The notes below the pieces were generated by a model. The model did no database searches, was not told where the DNA came from, and saw nothing but the letters and a program-made list of their open reading frames with translations. Position numbers and translations under genes: made by a program. This document shows, piece after piece, positions 16,039 to 26,471 of a DNA stretch of 64,000 nucleotides. This stretch comes from a virus (taxonomy: Duplodnaviria; Caudoviricetes), in the IMG/VR virus record IMGVR_UViG_2830247124_000001, positions 32,001 to 96,000 of that record; one strand, written 5' to 3'. Positions within the stretch are counted from its first letter, which is position 1, and each line of letters starts with the position of its first letter.

Positions 16039-16124
16039 ATTCAGGAAACATATTATACATACGCCAGTAAGAGTCTGTGTATCAAACCCCGATATTTTTC
16101 GGGGTGTTGATCTATATACCCCTA

Positions 16125-16967
16125 ATGTCTCAAAAACGGAAAAGCACCGTCCGGTCGAAGTTCAAGAAGTGGCTGGCTATTCCGAAGGGCAAGAGGGAGG
16201 GGAAGACCGGCATTTCTACCCAAACGGAGTTTGCCGAGAAGATGGGGGTAGCGAAAGCGACCCTGTCCCGGTGGAAGAAGGAACCGGGGTTCATGAACGG
16301 GGTCGAGCATACTCGCCGTCTGCACCTGGACGAGGCCCTGTCCGACGTTTACGAGTCGATGATCCAACGGGCCAAGGAAGGAGACCCCCAGGCCATGAAG
16401 ATGGTCATGGAGCAGGCCGGTCGTTGGAAAGAAGACATCCAAGAGGATACCGACGTGTCGGAGGATGACCTGGAGGGGTCCTCCAACGAGAAGCTGGCCG
16501 GGATGATGGCGTCTATGCTGTCCGGGGCGGCTGGAGAAGGAGAGTCTGTGTTGCAGGCCCGCATTCTGAAGTCCCTTGGAGACGACGTCCCCAACGACTT
16601 GAAAAGGCAGATCAGAGAAGAAAGCCAGAGCGGGGAGCCGGTTTCCAGCAGTGGGCAAACCGAAGGGGAGGACGACGAAGATGAGGCCGACGACGAGGTG
16701 GAAACCGAGGAGGCTGGCCCCGAATCTGAGGAGGACGGACCTAAAAACGGCCAGTCTGACCAGGATGAGGAAGTTGCAGATCAGAACGAGGAAGTTGAAG
16801 AAGAGGGCGAAGAGTTCGAGCTAGAGAACCACCTGATGGAGGGCATGGACGAGGGTGGTAGCGACACGTTTGACCCCACCGAGGAAGTTGGAGGTCAGGA
16901 GAAAGAAGAGGATGACCTCGAAGACCTGGACACGACCGAAGACTTTGAAATCCCACTCGACTGGTAA
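16125..16967 (+). CDS. terS: terminase small subunit-like HTH protein with acidic tail
   Basis: TQTEFAEKMGVAKATLSRWKK helix-turn-helix; directly upstream of TerL. Confidence 0.65.
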   Translation: MSQKRKSTVRSKFKKWLAIPKGKREGKTGISTQTEFAEKMGVAKATLSRWKKEPGFMNGVEHTRRLHLDEALSDVYESMIQRAKEGDPQAMKMVMEQAGRWKEDIQEDTDVSEDDLEGSSNEKLAGMMASMLSGAAGEGESVLQARILKSLGDDVPNDLKRQIREESQSGEPVSSSGQTEGEDDEDEADDEVETEEAGPESEEDGPKNGQSDQDEEVADQNEEVEEEGEEFELENHLMEGMDEGGSDTFDPTEEVGGQEKEEDDLEDLDTTEDFEIPLDW

Positions 16968-17019
16968 CCACCCACCGACCCAATCACCGGCACTTGCCGG
17001 GGCTCCCGAGCCATGGTAA

Positions 17020-19902
17020 ATGTCAAAGCTCACCGGCTCTAAGTACCAACCCGACACCAAGAAGCTGAAGAAGCTCCAGCGGGAGCTTGCTCGGCGGAAG
17101 AAGATGGTGTACTACCGGAAAAACCCCGGTCGGTGGCTCATCGACAAGCTGGGGTTCAGTCCCGAGTCCCTGAAGTGGAGCCTCTACGACGAGTACGAGG
17201 GCCACAACTGGGACGACAAGGACCCAAATCTGATAACCCCCAACCCCCTCCTTCGTGCGCTCAACGCTCTTGCGAAGGGTAAGGACGTGGGGATCGAAGC
17301 AGCTACTGGAACTGGAAAAGCTCAAAGCATGGACACACCAATACTGACACCATCCGGTTGGACTAAAATGAGAGAGATCGAGGTGGGAGATCCTGTGGTC
17401 GGATCCGACGGAACGGCGACAGAGGTCACCGGGGTGTATCCACAAGGCGTAAGAGACCAGTATCGTGTCGAGTTTGATGACGGTTCGTCCACAACCTGTG
17501 ACCCGGAGCATCTGTGGACGGTTCAGTCAGTGGACGACAGAACCCGTGGAAAGCACAGGGTGAAGACAGCCGCACAACTGAAGCATGAACTGGAGACTGG
17601 TAAAGATGGCCGGGGGTGGTGGATACCCATGGTCGATCCGGTTGAGCATCCTGAGAAAGACTTGCCCCTAGATCCATACGTGTTGGGAGTTCTTCTCGGA
17701 GATGGAGGACTAACTTCGGGATCGCCTATTCTAAGCACAGATGACCAATATATCGTAGATGAAGTGAACTCAAGAATACCGTCAGAGATCACAGTCAAAC
17801 ACAGATCCAATTACGATTATGGAATAGTTAGGAAGGGGGGTCGTGATAATGGTGGTATCACAAACCCGGTCACGAAAGCCTTAAGAGAACTTTCGTTGAT
17901 GGGACTAAAGAGTGGCGAGAAGTTTATTCCAGAGACCTACCTAACTGCTTCTATAAGTCAGAGGGTTGCTTTACTAAACGGGTTGATGGACACAGACGCT
18001 TGGTGTCAGCAAGACGGAACTTCCTTCATCTACAGTACAGTCTCCGAAGATTTGGTTGATGGCGTTCGCAAATTGACGCAATCCCTGGGCGGTACGGTAG
18101 GTGTTTCAAATAGAGAAGGTGGTGAGAACGCTCAGAAGTCTTATCGTGTGAGCGTTAGATTGCCAAACCATATCAATCCCTTCCTTCTGCCTCGGAAGGC
18201 GGACATGGTCAAAGACCGGAGCTATGGCAAGCCGAAAAGAAAAATAGTTTCAATCGAGCATGTGGGTCGAGCAGAAGCCCAGTGCATTAGAGTCTCTGCT
18301 GAAGACTCGTTGTACGTGACAGAAGACTACATTGTGACTCACAATACGTTCATGAGCGCGGCCATCGCCTTGTGGTTCGTGGACTGCTGGCCTAAGATAA
18401 CAGACGGGGACAGCGGAGAGGTATTGGACCCAGGGGGGTTGGTTACCACGGTGGCTACGAAGCAGGACCAACTCAGGGAGGTCCTCTGGAAGGAGATCGG
18501 AAACTTCCGCCCGCAGTTCGACCAGATCCACCCCCAGGCCGAATGGCTGGACCTGAAGATACGGATGTCCCCAGACGCGGAGGCAGGGTCGAAAGAGGGG
18601 TGGGGCATTTCGGGGCTCACCGCATCGGTGGGTTCCAACGAGAAGGTCTCGACCAAATTCAGTGGGATACACGGGCCCCACATGCTGTTCATCATGGACG
18701 AGGCTACCGGCATCTCCCCCGCGATTCTGGAGGCGATTGAAAACACCTGCACCGGTAACCACAACCTCCGGTTGGCCCTGGGTAACCCCCGGTCTCAAAA
18801 CGACCCCCTCCACCAGTTTTGCTTGCAGGACGACGTGGAGCACATCCGGGTCTCTGCGCTGGACCACCCCAACGTCGTGCTCGGGGAAGAGGTCATCCCA
18901 GGAGCCGTCACGCGGCGCTCTATCCGGCGCAGGATGAAGAAGTACAAGGACCCGAACCACCGCATTATCCTCTCCAGGGTCCACGGAGTAAGCCCCAGCA
19001 CGTCGGGAATGACCCTGTTCCCGGACGACGCGATTCACAACACAAAACCCCACGCCCACAAGGGCCCAATCAAGCACCTCCGGGTGCGGCCACCTGGGGA
19101 GGGAGACCTCCGGATCTACCGCAAACCCAAGCACGACAAGCTCGACAGGTACGTCATCTTTGCGGACGTCGCCGGTGACCGGTCGAAGACGGGGGACTAC
19201 CACGCCGCTGTTGTTCTGGACCGGGAGACCAGAGAGATCGCGGCGGTCCTGCACATGCGCGGGCCCCGCACAAATTACATTGGAGAGCTTATGAAGCTGG
19301 CAGACGTCTACACGATCAAGTACGGCAAAACCGGAAACCGGGTGTACGACGAGGAGAGCAACCGTTTCGTCCCGGAGAAGAAAGACTTCATGCCCCTTCT
19401 AGCGTATGAGCGCAGCGGGGTCGGGGGGCTTCACATGGACACCCGCATCGAAGAGTACGAGAACGTCTACCACCAGAGAAAGACTGACACGCAGGAGGAT
19501 GCCAACGAGCGAAGCACGATTGGGTGGGACACCAACCGGCAGACGCGCCCGGACATGATCGACGCGCTGGAGGAGTGGGGTCTTGAGCTTATCGACAACC
19601 CCGACCGGCTCACCGACAAGACCCTCTGGAATGAGGCCCGGACTTTCACCTTCGACGAGAACGACGGGAAGAAAGGAAAATGGAAAGCCGAGCAGGGGTG
19701 TCACGATGACGTCATCATGGCCACAGCCGGTGCCCTGGTGGTGGACAGCATCACCAGAGGACACATGGCCGACACCTCAACCTTCGAAGACACCACCAGC
19801 GAAGAGAAGAGCCCAGTTGCCCAGCGTTTCGAGCGGCAGGCCGAGCAGAACGACGGGGGTTGGAACACCGACCTTCCCTCCATTGGCGGGGACCTTCCAT
19901 AA
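17020..19902 (+). CDS. terL: terminase large subunit containing an intein
   Basis: Walker A ATGTGK|T, Walker B FIMDEA, LGNP, nuclease FADVA...HDDVIMA. Confidence 0.93.
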   Translation: MSKLTGSKYQPDTKKLKKLQRELARRKKMVYYRKNPGRWLIDKLGFSPESLKWSLYDEYEGHNWDDKDPNLITPNPLLRALNALAKGKDVGIEAATGTGKAQSMDTPILTPSGWTKMREIEVGDPVVGSDGTATEVTGVYPQGVRDQYRVEFDDGSSTTCDPEHLWTVQSVDDRTRGKHRVKTAAQLKHELETGKDGRGWWIPMVDPVEHPEKDLPLDPYVLGVLLGDGGLTSGSPILSTDDQYIVDEVNSRIPSEITVKHRSNYDYGIVRKGGRDNGGITNPVTKALRELSLMGLKSGEKFIPETYLTASISQRVALLNGLMDTDAWCQQDGTSFIYSTVSEDLVDGVRKLTQSLGGTVGVSNREGGENAQKSYRVSVRLPNHINPFLLPRKADMVKDRSYGKPKRKIVSIEHVGRAEAQCIRVSAEDSLYVTEDYIVTHNTFMSAAIALWFVDCWPKITDGDSGEVLDPGGLVTTVATKQDQLREVLWKEIGNFRPQFDQIHPQAEWLDLKIRMSPDAEAGSKEGWGISGLTASVGSNEKVSTKFSGIHGPHMLFIMDEATGISPAILEAIENTCTGNHNLRLALGNPRSQNDPLHQFCLQDDVEHIRVSALDHPNVVLGEEVIPGAVTRRSIRRRMKKYKDPNHRIILSRVHGVSPSTSGMTLFPDDAIHNTKPHAHKGPIKHLRVRPPGEGDLRIYRKPKHDKLDRYVIFADVAGDRSKTGDYHAAVVLDRETREIAAVLHMRGPRTNYIGELMKLADVYTIKYGKTGNRVYDEESNRFVPEKKDFMPLLAYERSGVGGLHMDTRIEEYENVYHQRKTDTQEDANERSTIGWDTNRQTRPDMIDALEEWGLELIDNPDRLTDKTLWNEARTFTFDENDGKKGKWKAEQGCHDDVIMATAGALVVDSITRGHMADTSTFEDTTSEEKSPVAQRFERQAEQNDGGWNTDLPSIGGDLP
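17320..18345 (+). mobile_element. 342-aa class 3 (Ala1, WCT) intein with LAGLIDADG homing endonuclease
   Basis: Starts AQSMDTPILTP and ends IVTHN|T; LGVLLGDGG and LNGLMDTDA motifs; lower GC than flanks. Confidence 0.92.
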
Positions 19903-19915
19903 CGCTCTTGCTGAA

Positions 19916-19933
19916 CTCAAATAATTATTTGAT
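19916..19933. promoter_or_regulatory. 18-bp palindromic site
   Basis: CTCAAATAATTATTTGAT. Confidence 0.7.
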
Positions 19934-19968
19934 TCTGCCTCGCTTGCGGGGCTTATTTCACGTTCTAT

Positions 19969-22152
19969 ATGCCTTACGACGCACAAGATTATGCCCTTCT
20001 GGACACGTTTCCGAGCCAGATCGAATCGGATGCGGATCTGGTCCAGAACCGCATGAAGGCTCTAACACAAGACCTTCAGTGGAGAGAAGAGCACACCGAC
20101 ATGGACCGGTGTGCGGAGCTATACCACGGAAACGATGATGGTGAAGAGCAGGACGGCATTCCCCGCGTGAACAAGATCCAATCAGCGGTTGATGAGCACG
20201 TCAGCGTGGCCCTCCAGAACGTGCCGAAGGTCGAGATGAAGGCCGTAAGGGAGACGGCGCGGTTCGAGAACCCCCTGAAGCAAGCGGTCATCAAGCGGGC
20301 GGTTGAGGATTCGGAGCAGACGATCAACGCGATGATGCGGGAAATCTTTCGCAGCAACGGGTTCCGCGACGAATACGAGAAGGCCCTGCGGCAGGCAGGA
20401 ATCTACGGGGTGGGGTACCTAGTCACCGACCTCGACCAGACAATGGACGTCCGCGAGGACTCTCGTCTCCGGAAGCTGATGAAAAAGCCGATGGACCAGT
20501 GGACAAAGCGGGACGCGGAGCTTTACCGGGTACTGTCCCAGCGGGTGAGCATCTACCAAGCAGACGCCCGTGACGTCGTGTTTGAGCACGGCCACCGGTC
20601 CTACGGCGATGGGGACATCCTGCGGGCCTCTGTCATAGAGCGTGCCTCTACCCATGCCCTACGCACGAAGTACCAGAACCAAGACATCAAACCCGGCACC
20701 TTTCCCTACTACGTCGAAGAGGACCCGAGTGCAGATGGTGACATTACCGCCATTGTCACTACCTGGGAACTGGAGCCTGTCTTTGTCGAGAAGACCATCG
20801 AGCGCGGCGGGGAGGAGATCACCACGGAGTTTACGACCTGGAAGATGGTCAAGACGCGGATCGCCGGTGGACAGCTTGTAGAGAAGGACGTGTCGGATCC
20901 GTTCGAGTCGCGGGCCCGCCTTCCGGTCGTGCCGGTCTACCTGCGCGAAAGCGAGGACCATCCCTACGGCGACGCGCTCCCGCTTCGAAAAGAGCAGAGC
21001 GAGCGGTTCATTAACCTCATGAGAGTCATCATGTACAAGAGCGCCAAGAACAGCGTCTCCAACCAGGGGGCCCTGGTGGACACCACCAAGCTCTCCCCCG
21101 ACGACCGGCAGCGGGTGGAGCGCGTGTTCGATCAAGGCGGGGCGGCGGCCCTGGATAACATCCCCCAGAACTCCAGTCTGGAGGACATTGTCATGCCGCT
21201 GAAGATGAACTCCAGCCTGTCGAGCGCACCGGTCGAGGCGATGCAGAACGAGGAGCGCAGCTTTCAGGAAGACACCAATACTCTGGACATGCAGGCCCTC
21301 AACCGGTCGGAGTCCGGTGCAGCGAAGCGGGCCCAGGTCCAGGCGTCGGACCGCACCAAGAGCGTAGCGAACCACAACATCAAGGTCTCCAAGAAGCGGG
21401 TCTACGACAACGTCTACGAGCTTGTCCAACTGACCTATGGAGACGAGGAGCTTCCGGCCATGGTCCGGTCCCCGGACGGCGGGCGCAACCAGACCAGTCT
21501 CAACCAAGAGGCAGAGGCCGAGGTCCCGAAGGTGTCCTCCGACGGAAAAACCCTTGCCTCCCCCGAGCGGATGAGCAAAAAGAACCCCCTGGGTATCATC
21601 AAGGAGAGCTTCAAGTTCAAGATCAACGACGCAACCCTTCCGATGGCCGCTGAGACGAAGGCCGGTGGTGACCTCCCCGGCGACCCGGTCAACCGGTTCA
21701 ACCTGCTTCTGATGTACCTCCAGAGTGGGCTCATCACCAAGGAGTACATGCGGGAGCTTCAGTTATCGGACGAACTGAAGATTGGGGACGATGCCTACCG
21801 TACCCAGGCGAAGCAGCGCCAGAAGGCCCTACAGCGAAAAAAGAAGCAGCAGATGGCCGCCCAGCAAGCCGCCGCCTCTGGCAACCAGGAGGCCGCCGGT
21901 CGGATTGCCAGCCAGCAGATACCGGGAGAAGGGCAGCCCGGAGACCCGGCCACAGAAGGCCGTCAGCAAGGCCCTACTCCCCAACCGCAAGGACAGAACG
22001 TACCGGGGTCCGTAGGTGGTGAAGGGGACGGCGACGGCGGTGACCGGGCAGGAGAAGGTCTTCTTGCCCTGCAAAGCATGGAGGGAGCAAACGGACCGGG
22101 CGCTGAATCTGGCGGACCGACTCCGCAAGAACAGGCCCGCGACCAGCGATAA
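19969..22152 (+). CDS. portal protein
   Basis: 727 aa directly after TerL; P22-like layout (NKIQSAVD, GIYGVGY, PYG) and Q-rich tail. Confidence 0.8.
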   Translation: MPYDAQDYALLDTFPSQIESDADLVQNRMKALTQDLQWREEHTDMDRCAELYHGNDDGEEQDGIPRVNKIQSAVDEHVSVALQNVPKVEMKAVRETARFENPLKQAVIKRAVEDSEQTINAMMREIFRSNGFRDEYEKALRQAGIYGVGYLVTDLDQTMDVREDSRLRKLMKKPMDQWTKRDAELYRVLSQRVSIYQADARDVVFEHGHRSYGDGDILRASVIERASTHALRTKYQNQDIKPGTFPYYVEEDPSADGDITAIVTTWELEPVFVEKTIERGGEEITTEFTTWKMVKTRIAGGQLVEKDVSDPFESRARLPVVPVYLRESEDHPYGDALPLRKEQSERFINLMRVIMYKSAKNSVSNQGALVDTTKLSPDDRQRVERVFDQGGAAALDNIPQNSSLEDIVMPLKMNSSLSSAPVEAMQNEERSFQEDTNTLDMQALNRSESGAAKRAQVQASDRTKSVANHNIKVSKKRVYDNVYELVQLTYGDEELPAMVRSPDGGRNQTSLNQEAEAEVPKVSSDGKTLASPERMSKKNPLGIIKESFKFKINDATLPMAAETKAGGDLPGDPVNRFNLLLMYLQSGLITKEYMRELQLSDELKIGDDAYRTQAKQRQKALQRKKKQQMAAQQAAASGNQEAAGRIASQQIPGEGQPGDPATEGRQQGPTPQPQGQNVPGSVGGEGDGDGGDRAGEGLLALQSMEGANGPGAESGGPTPQEQARDQR

Positions 22153-22237
22153 TTGAATTCTCGAAACACTTTATGTAGTCATTGGTTTAACGTATTGTAT
22201 GACCCGTCAATAAGACGGGTTCAATTTCACATACACG

Positions 22238-23470
22238 ATGCCTAACACTACCAACCCCGAGACCCAGCAGCAGACTGAACCCTCCCCTTCCGAACCTACC
22301 AGCGGCTCCACCAGTGGCGGGGCTTCCCAGCTTTTCGACGAGCCGGAAGAGATTGGAGAGGAGCAGTCCGATTCTGCAATTACGGATCCGGAAGCGGATT
22401 CGGCTGAAACGACCAGTTCAGAGAACGAAGACCCGCAGTTCACCGAAGACGGTTCCACAGAGCCTGACGGTGAGCCTCGATCTGAGGAGAGCGATTCCTC
22501 CCCAGATCCAGGTGCTGACGCTGAGGATGCCACCACAAGTGAGCAGTCCGACGCCGAGGCCGGAGAAGACGCGGAGGAGTCTGCCGAGTCAGAGGAAGAA
22601 GAGACGACTGACTCTCCCTATTACGAGGGTGAGGAGTCTACCTATCTGACGGAGGACGACGCCCGCGAAGGAATCGAAGAGAAGGACCGCTACATCACCG
22701 ACCTCGAAGACCGTCTGGACGAAACCGAGTCCCAGGCAGAGGAAAAGGTGCAGAACCTCCAGAGCGAACTGGAAAGCACCCAACAGGAGTTGGAGCGGAT
22801 TCGCAGCGCGGTCGATGAAGAGACCCGCGAAAACTTCGCCATTCAAGACTACCTTCCAGAGCGCTTCCAGGGCAAAACGGAAGCGGACTTTGCCGACAAT
22901 AGCGAGTTGGCCGAGTTCAAGGAAGCGAAGCTCGACGCAAAGGCTGAGATGAAGCACGAGCGGAAGCAAGAGGAGCGCCGCAAAGAGCAGATGCAGGAAG
23001 ACATTGCAGAGGCTCACCGCGAGGCTCAAGAGTTTGTCGAGGAGCAGGTTGACGCTGAATCCTTCGGTGCCACAAGCCCGGAGAGGCAGGCCAAGCTGCG
23101 CAGCTTCCTGGAAGACACTCCCGAAAACGCGGAGTACAGCAACGTCGAGAAGGCCCAGTTTATCGTGGCTGCCTTCGGCGAAGAGGATGGCGAACGATTT
23201 CTTTCTGGCCTACAGGCCGAGTTCGGCGGATCGTCTGCACGGAGCACTTCCACGACCAACGGTGCCAGCCAAGACTCCTCCACCCAGAACCCGGAGGATG
23301 AGAAGGCAACCGAGGACGAGGAGGTCGCCGAGCAGATTAAGAAGTCCCAGACGTCTCCTGGTGCCCCGGAAACCAAGCCGCGCACCGATTCAAACGAGAT
23401 GTCCCGCCGAGAGGAGATGGACCACGCCTTCCGCAAGAGCGCCAAAGAACAGGGGCTCTTCCAGCGGTAA
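22238..23470 (+). CDS. capsid scaffolding protein
   Basis: Very acidic coiled coil between portal and capsid genes. Confidence 0.7.
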   Translation: MPNTTNPETQQQTEPSPSEPTSGSTSGGASQLFDEPEEIGEEQSDSAITDPEADSAETTSSENEDPQFTEDGSTEPDGEPRSEESDSSPDPGADAEDATTSEQSDAEAGEDAEESAESEEEETTDSPYYEGEESTYLTEDDAREGIEEKDRYITDLEDRLDETESQAEEKVQNLQSELESTQQELERIRSAVDEETRENFAIQDYLPERFQGKTEADFADNSELAEFKEAKLDAKAEMKHERKQEERRKEQMQEDIAEAHREAQEFVEEQVDAESFGATSPERQAKLRSFLEDTPENAEYSNVEKAQFIVAAFGEEDGERFLSGLQAEFGGSSARSTSTTNGASQDSSTQNPEDEKATEDEEVAEQIKKSQTSPGAPETKPRTDSNEMSRREEMDHAFRKSAKEQGLFQR

Positions 23471-23640
23471 GGCACCCCAACAACGCGCCCCGACCAGCCA
23501 CCGAGGCTGGCGGGACACTTTCATTCTTTTAGGGCCTGAAAAGCTCTACTGCGCGGCGTTGGACAATTGCTCTGGAGGCTATGCCTCCACTACTTGCAGC
23601 CTTCTGACGGCTGTCAGGTAGGCATTCTACTTAGTCAGCT

Positions 23641-24837
23641 ATGGCACAGCTTAGTGCAGGAACGCTTGAAGAGCAGGCCGACCTGCTTACGAACCCGTCA
23701 CTTCAGCGGTCGATGATCCGGACGATCAAGGATCGTGGAGCGCGTGAACTGATGGCGCAACTTCCATTTAAGTCGTTCGTCGGTAAGTCGTACGACTTCA
23801 CTATTGAAGACGAGATTGGCACGGGCAACAGTGCTCAGGATCCTTATGGTGACACGATTCCGAGCGGTGGTGGGAAGAACCAGCGCGTGTCGGTCGGCGT
23901 CACGATGATGATCCGCAACGCGGTCACCCCCAAGATCGACGTGGTCGGGAAGAGTGACTTCTTCCAGCAGCGTGAGGACGACTTCGAGAAGGAAGCTAAG
24001 AAGCTCGGGCGCGACTTCTTCCAGCAGTTCCTCAATGGGCTCCAGGACGACACTGGCACCCACGAGTCGTACAACCTCAAGGGTCTGGAGTATTGGTTCA
24101 AGAAGCACGACGTGAACTCCCAGACGTTCTACGCGACCGATGACGCTACGCTCACCGGCAACGCGGAGAACCTGTCCTACACCCACATCGACGAGCTTCT
24201 CAGCCGTCAGAAGGGTGAGCCCTTCCAGGTCATGTACATGAACCGTGAGACCAGCATTGCCTTCCGTGGTCTCCTCAACAACATGCCGGGAAATGTCGCG
24301 GGCATGATGATGGAGGATACCTTCGGTCGCCAGATGTTGCATTACGACGGGACGCCCATCGTCGTCAATGATTCGGTTGCCATGGACAAGCCCTTCGCTG
24401 AGGCTACGGTCAGCGGGACCACGGTTACGGTCACGGACCCCGGCTTCCTTGGGTTCAGTGAGCTTGTTGTCGGCGAAAGCATCACGGTCGGCGGAAGCTC
24501 CACGACCGTCGCTTCGGTGACGGACACCCACACGGTGGAAGTCAGCGACGGTACTGCTCTTTCTGACGGTTCCGGCCAGTCCGGTGTCGTCGAGCAGCAG
24601 AACGTCATCTATGCGGGACGCATGGACCCGACCGATGGAATCGCTGCGGTGTACCACGAGAACCGTGGGGTTCCGGCAGATGCGGGCGAGCACTACGGCG
24701 CAATCGCCGGTTTCGATGCTCAGGACCAGGGCCTTCTGGAGTCGGCTCCGCGCTACCAGTCGCGGCTTGACTTCTACGGCCAGACGGTCGTCCACGACCC
24801 GGAGGCGCAGGCTCGCGTTCTCGGCTTCTCCATTTAA
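23641..24837 (+). CDS. major capsid protein
   Basis: 398 aa after scaffold; strongly biased codon use; followed by a terminator. Confidence 0.8.
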   Translation: MAQLSAGTLEEQADLLTNPSLQRSMIRTIKDRGARELMAQLPFKSFVGKSYDFTIEDEIGTGNSAQDPYGDTIPSGGGKNQRVSVGVTMMIRNAVTPKIDVVGKSDFFQQREDDFEKEAKKLGRDFFQQFLNGLQDDTGTHESYNLKGLEYWFKKHDVNSQTFYATDDATLTGNAENLSYTHIDELLSRQKGEPFQVMYMNRETSIAFRGLLNNMPGNVAGMMMEDTFGRQMLHYDGTPIVVNDSVAMDKPFAEATVSGTTVTVTDPGFLGFSELVVGESITVGGSSTTVASVTDTHTVEVSDGTALSDGSGQSGVVEQQNVIYAGRMDPTDGIAAVYHENRGVPADAGEHYGAIAGFDAQDQGLLESAPRYQSRLDFYGQTVVHDPEAQARVLGFSI

Positions 24838-24895
24838 TTCTAGCATCGCGTTCTTTGAAGACTGAGCCGAAGAGCGCGGTGGTAGGGAAATCTTG

Positions 24896-24955
24896 GCCAC
24901 TGTGGCCCCACCTACAGTTGAAACCTGGGGTGGGGCCATTAGGGCCATTTTTTTC
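24896..24955 (+). terminator. intrinsic terminator
   Basis: TGGCCCCACC...GGTGGGGCCA stem followed by T7. Confidence 0.75.
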
Positions 24956-25003
24956 ACCGGCGCATTTTTGCGCCATAGACACCCCTAACCAGGGAATCAC
25001 ACA

Positions 25004-25684
25004 ATGGCTCAACGACAAGTAAGCATTCCCGGCGAATCGACGTCGAATATGTACTTCGTGTACACCCGTCGGCGCGACTCCGAGGGACGACTGATTGAAG
25101 GCCAGTGGATGGGAATCCGTGGCTGGCGACAGGGCCTCAAGGGGCCCCTTACAAAAAGCGAAGCACAGAACATCCAGGCGCAGATCGGCGCGGAGATTAT
25201 CCCAGTCGAGGTTGAAGACTTTGATGGGCTAATCCTGAAGGCATTTGAGAAGGTCGGAATCGACCCGCCCGAAGACCTGATCGAGGAGTTTGCCTCGGAG
25301 GAATCCGGCAGTGAGGCGGCTGACACTGTAAGCGAAGAGACCCGCCAGAAGGAAGAGGAGATCCGAGAGCTTCTGGATGAGCACGATGAAGAGGAGGCGA
25401 CCCAGGCTCTTGAACATGCGATAGAGCTTCTTTCTGAGGAGCCCACGGAGGCGTCTAAGGTCGGCTCTCCCGAGCAGGAGGAATCCCTCGAAGACACGAT
25501 CCAACCGGAGAAGGCCGCCGCTGAAGACAGAGAGGAGGACGGTCCTGGACCGGAGTGGCCCGGTTACAACGAGGCCATCGAGATCATGAATGACCACGGC
25601 TTCGACTGGATGGAAGCTGGTGGCGGGCGAAAGACCGCCAACGTCAAGGACGCCTGGGAAGAGTTTGGTTCTCAGTTCAAGTAA
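25004..25684 (+). CDS. acidic hypothetical (head-associated?) protein
   Basis: 226 aa after the capsid gene. Confidence 0.75.
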   Translation: MAQRQVSIPGESTSNMYFVYTRRRDSEGRLIEGQWMGIRGWRQGLKGPLTKSEAQNIQAQIGAEIIPVEVEDFDGLILKAFEKVGIDPPEDLIEEFASEESGSEAADTVSEETRQKEEEIRELLDEHDEEEATQALEHAIELLSEEPTEASKVGSPEQEESLEDTIQPEKAAAEDREEDGPGPEWPGYNEAIEIMNDHGFDWMEAGGGRKTANVKDAWEEFGSQFK

Positions 25685-25725
25685 CCCTCCTCCCCGCCAT
25701 TTGGCGGGCTCAATAGCCAATACAG

Positions 25726-26415
25726 ATGCAAGCCTCAGTTAGCGATCTCGTCGAACAGGTGCGGCACGAGCTTGACGAGGTGACCCTTTCTGGAGAGATG
25801 GTCCTGACGGACTCTTCTCTTGAGGACCGGGCATCGTCGAACTTCAGCAACGCCTCGATCAAGGACCGTCTGATGGATGCCACCCGGCACATCGCCGCTC
25901 GCGTCCGGGCGACGTACCTGAAGCCTTTCGTAATCACGGTTACCCCCGCCGACTTCGACCCTCCGTACGACACGACCACGCCGAAAATTTTGCGACTGGT
26001 CGGGACCCAGGTTACCGCCGAGGATTCCGGAGCCAGCAAGATTGATGCAACCCGTCGCACAATGGCCGCCCATCTCAAGCTCGAAAACGGGCGTGGACTA
26101 AACGCGAGGGAAGACTACCCGGTCTTTGTTTTCGAGGACTTCGAGCTTCTCGTTCAAAACGGGATTGACTCGGTGAAAGAAGCGAAGGCCGTGCGCGTAC
26201 CGGGACAGGAACCGGCGCAGAAGTACAGCGACGTTGTCGCCCTTCCGGACGCCTTCGAGGGAGCGGTCGTGGCCCACGCGGTGTCCAGTTGCTTCGAGAC
26301 GCTTCGGATGGCAGAAAACGCGACTCAGTCCAAGAAGCGCCTCGCCGAAGAGCTTCGTGAATACCGGCTTCCCTTCCGCTCCGCAAACGAACAGCGAGAG
26401 CAAAGCGAAGAGTGA
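25726..26415 (+). CDS. head-tail adaptor/ring protein, paralog 1
   Basis: Shares NFSN, YPVFV.ED and C-terminal helix with the next gene. Confidence 0.65.
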   Translation: MQASVSDLVEQVRHELDEVTLSGEMVLTDSSLEDRASSNFSNASIKDRLMDATRHIAARVRATYLKPFVITVTPADFDPPYDTTTPKILRLVGTQVTAEDSGASKIDATRRTMAAHLKLENGRGLNAREDYPVFVFEDFELLVQNGIDSVKEAKAVRVPGQEPAQKYSDVVALPDAFEGAVVAHAVSSCFETLRMAENATQSKKRLAEELREYRLPFRSANEQREQSEE

Positions 26416-26471
26416 ACCTGCTCTCGGCACTATTCTCTCGGCACTAGGCCGAGTTCTACCTTCAATACCTC

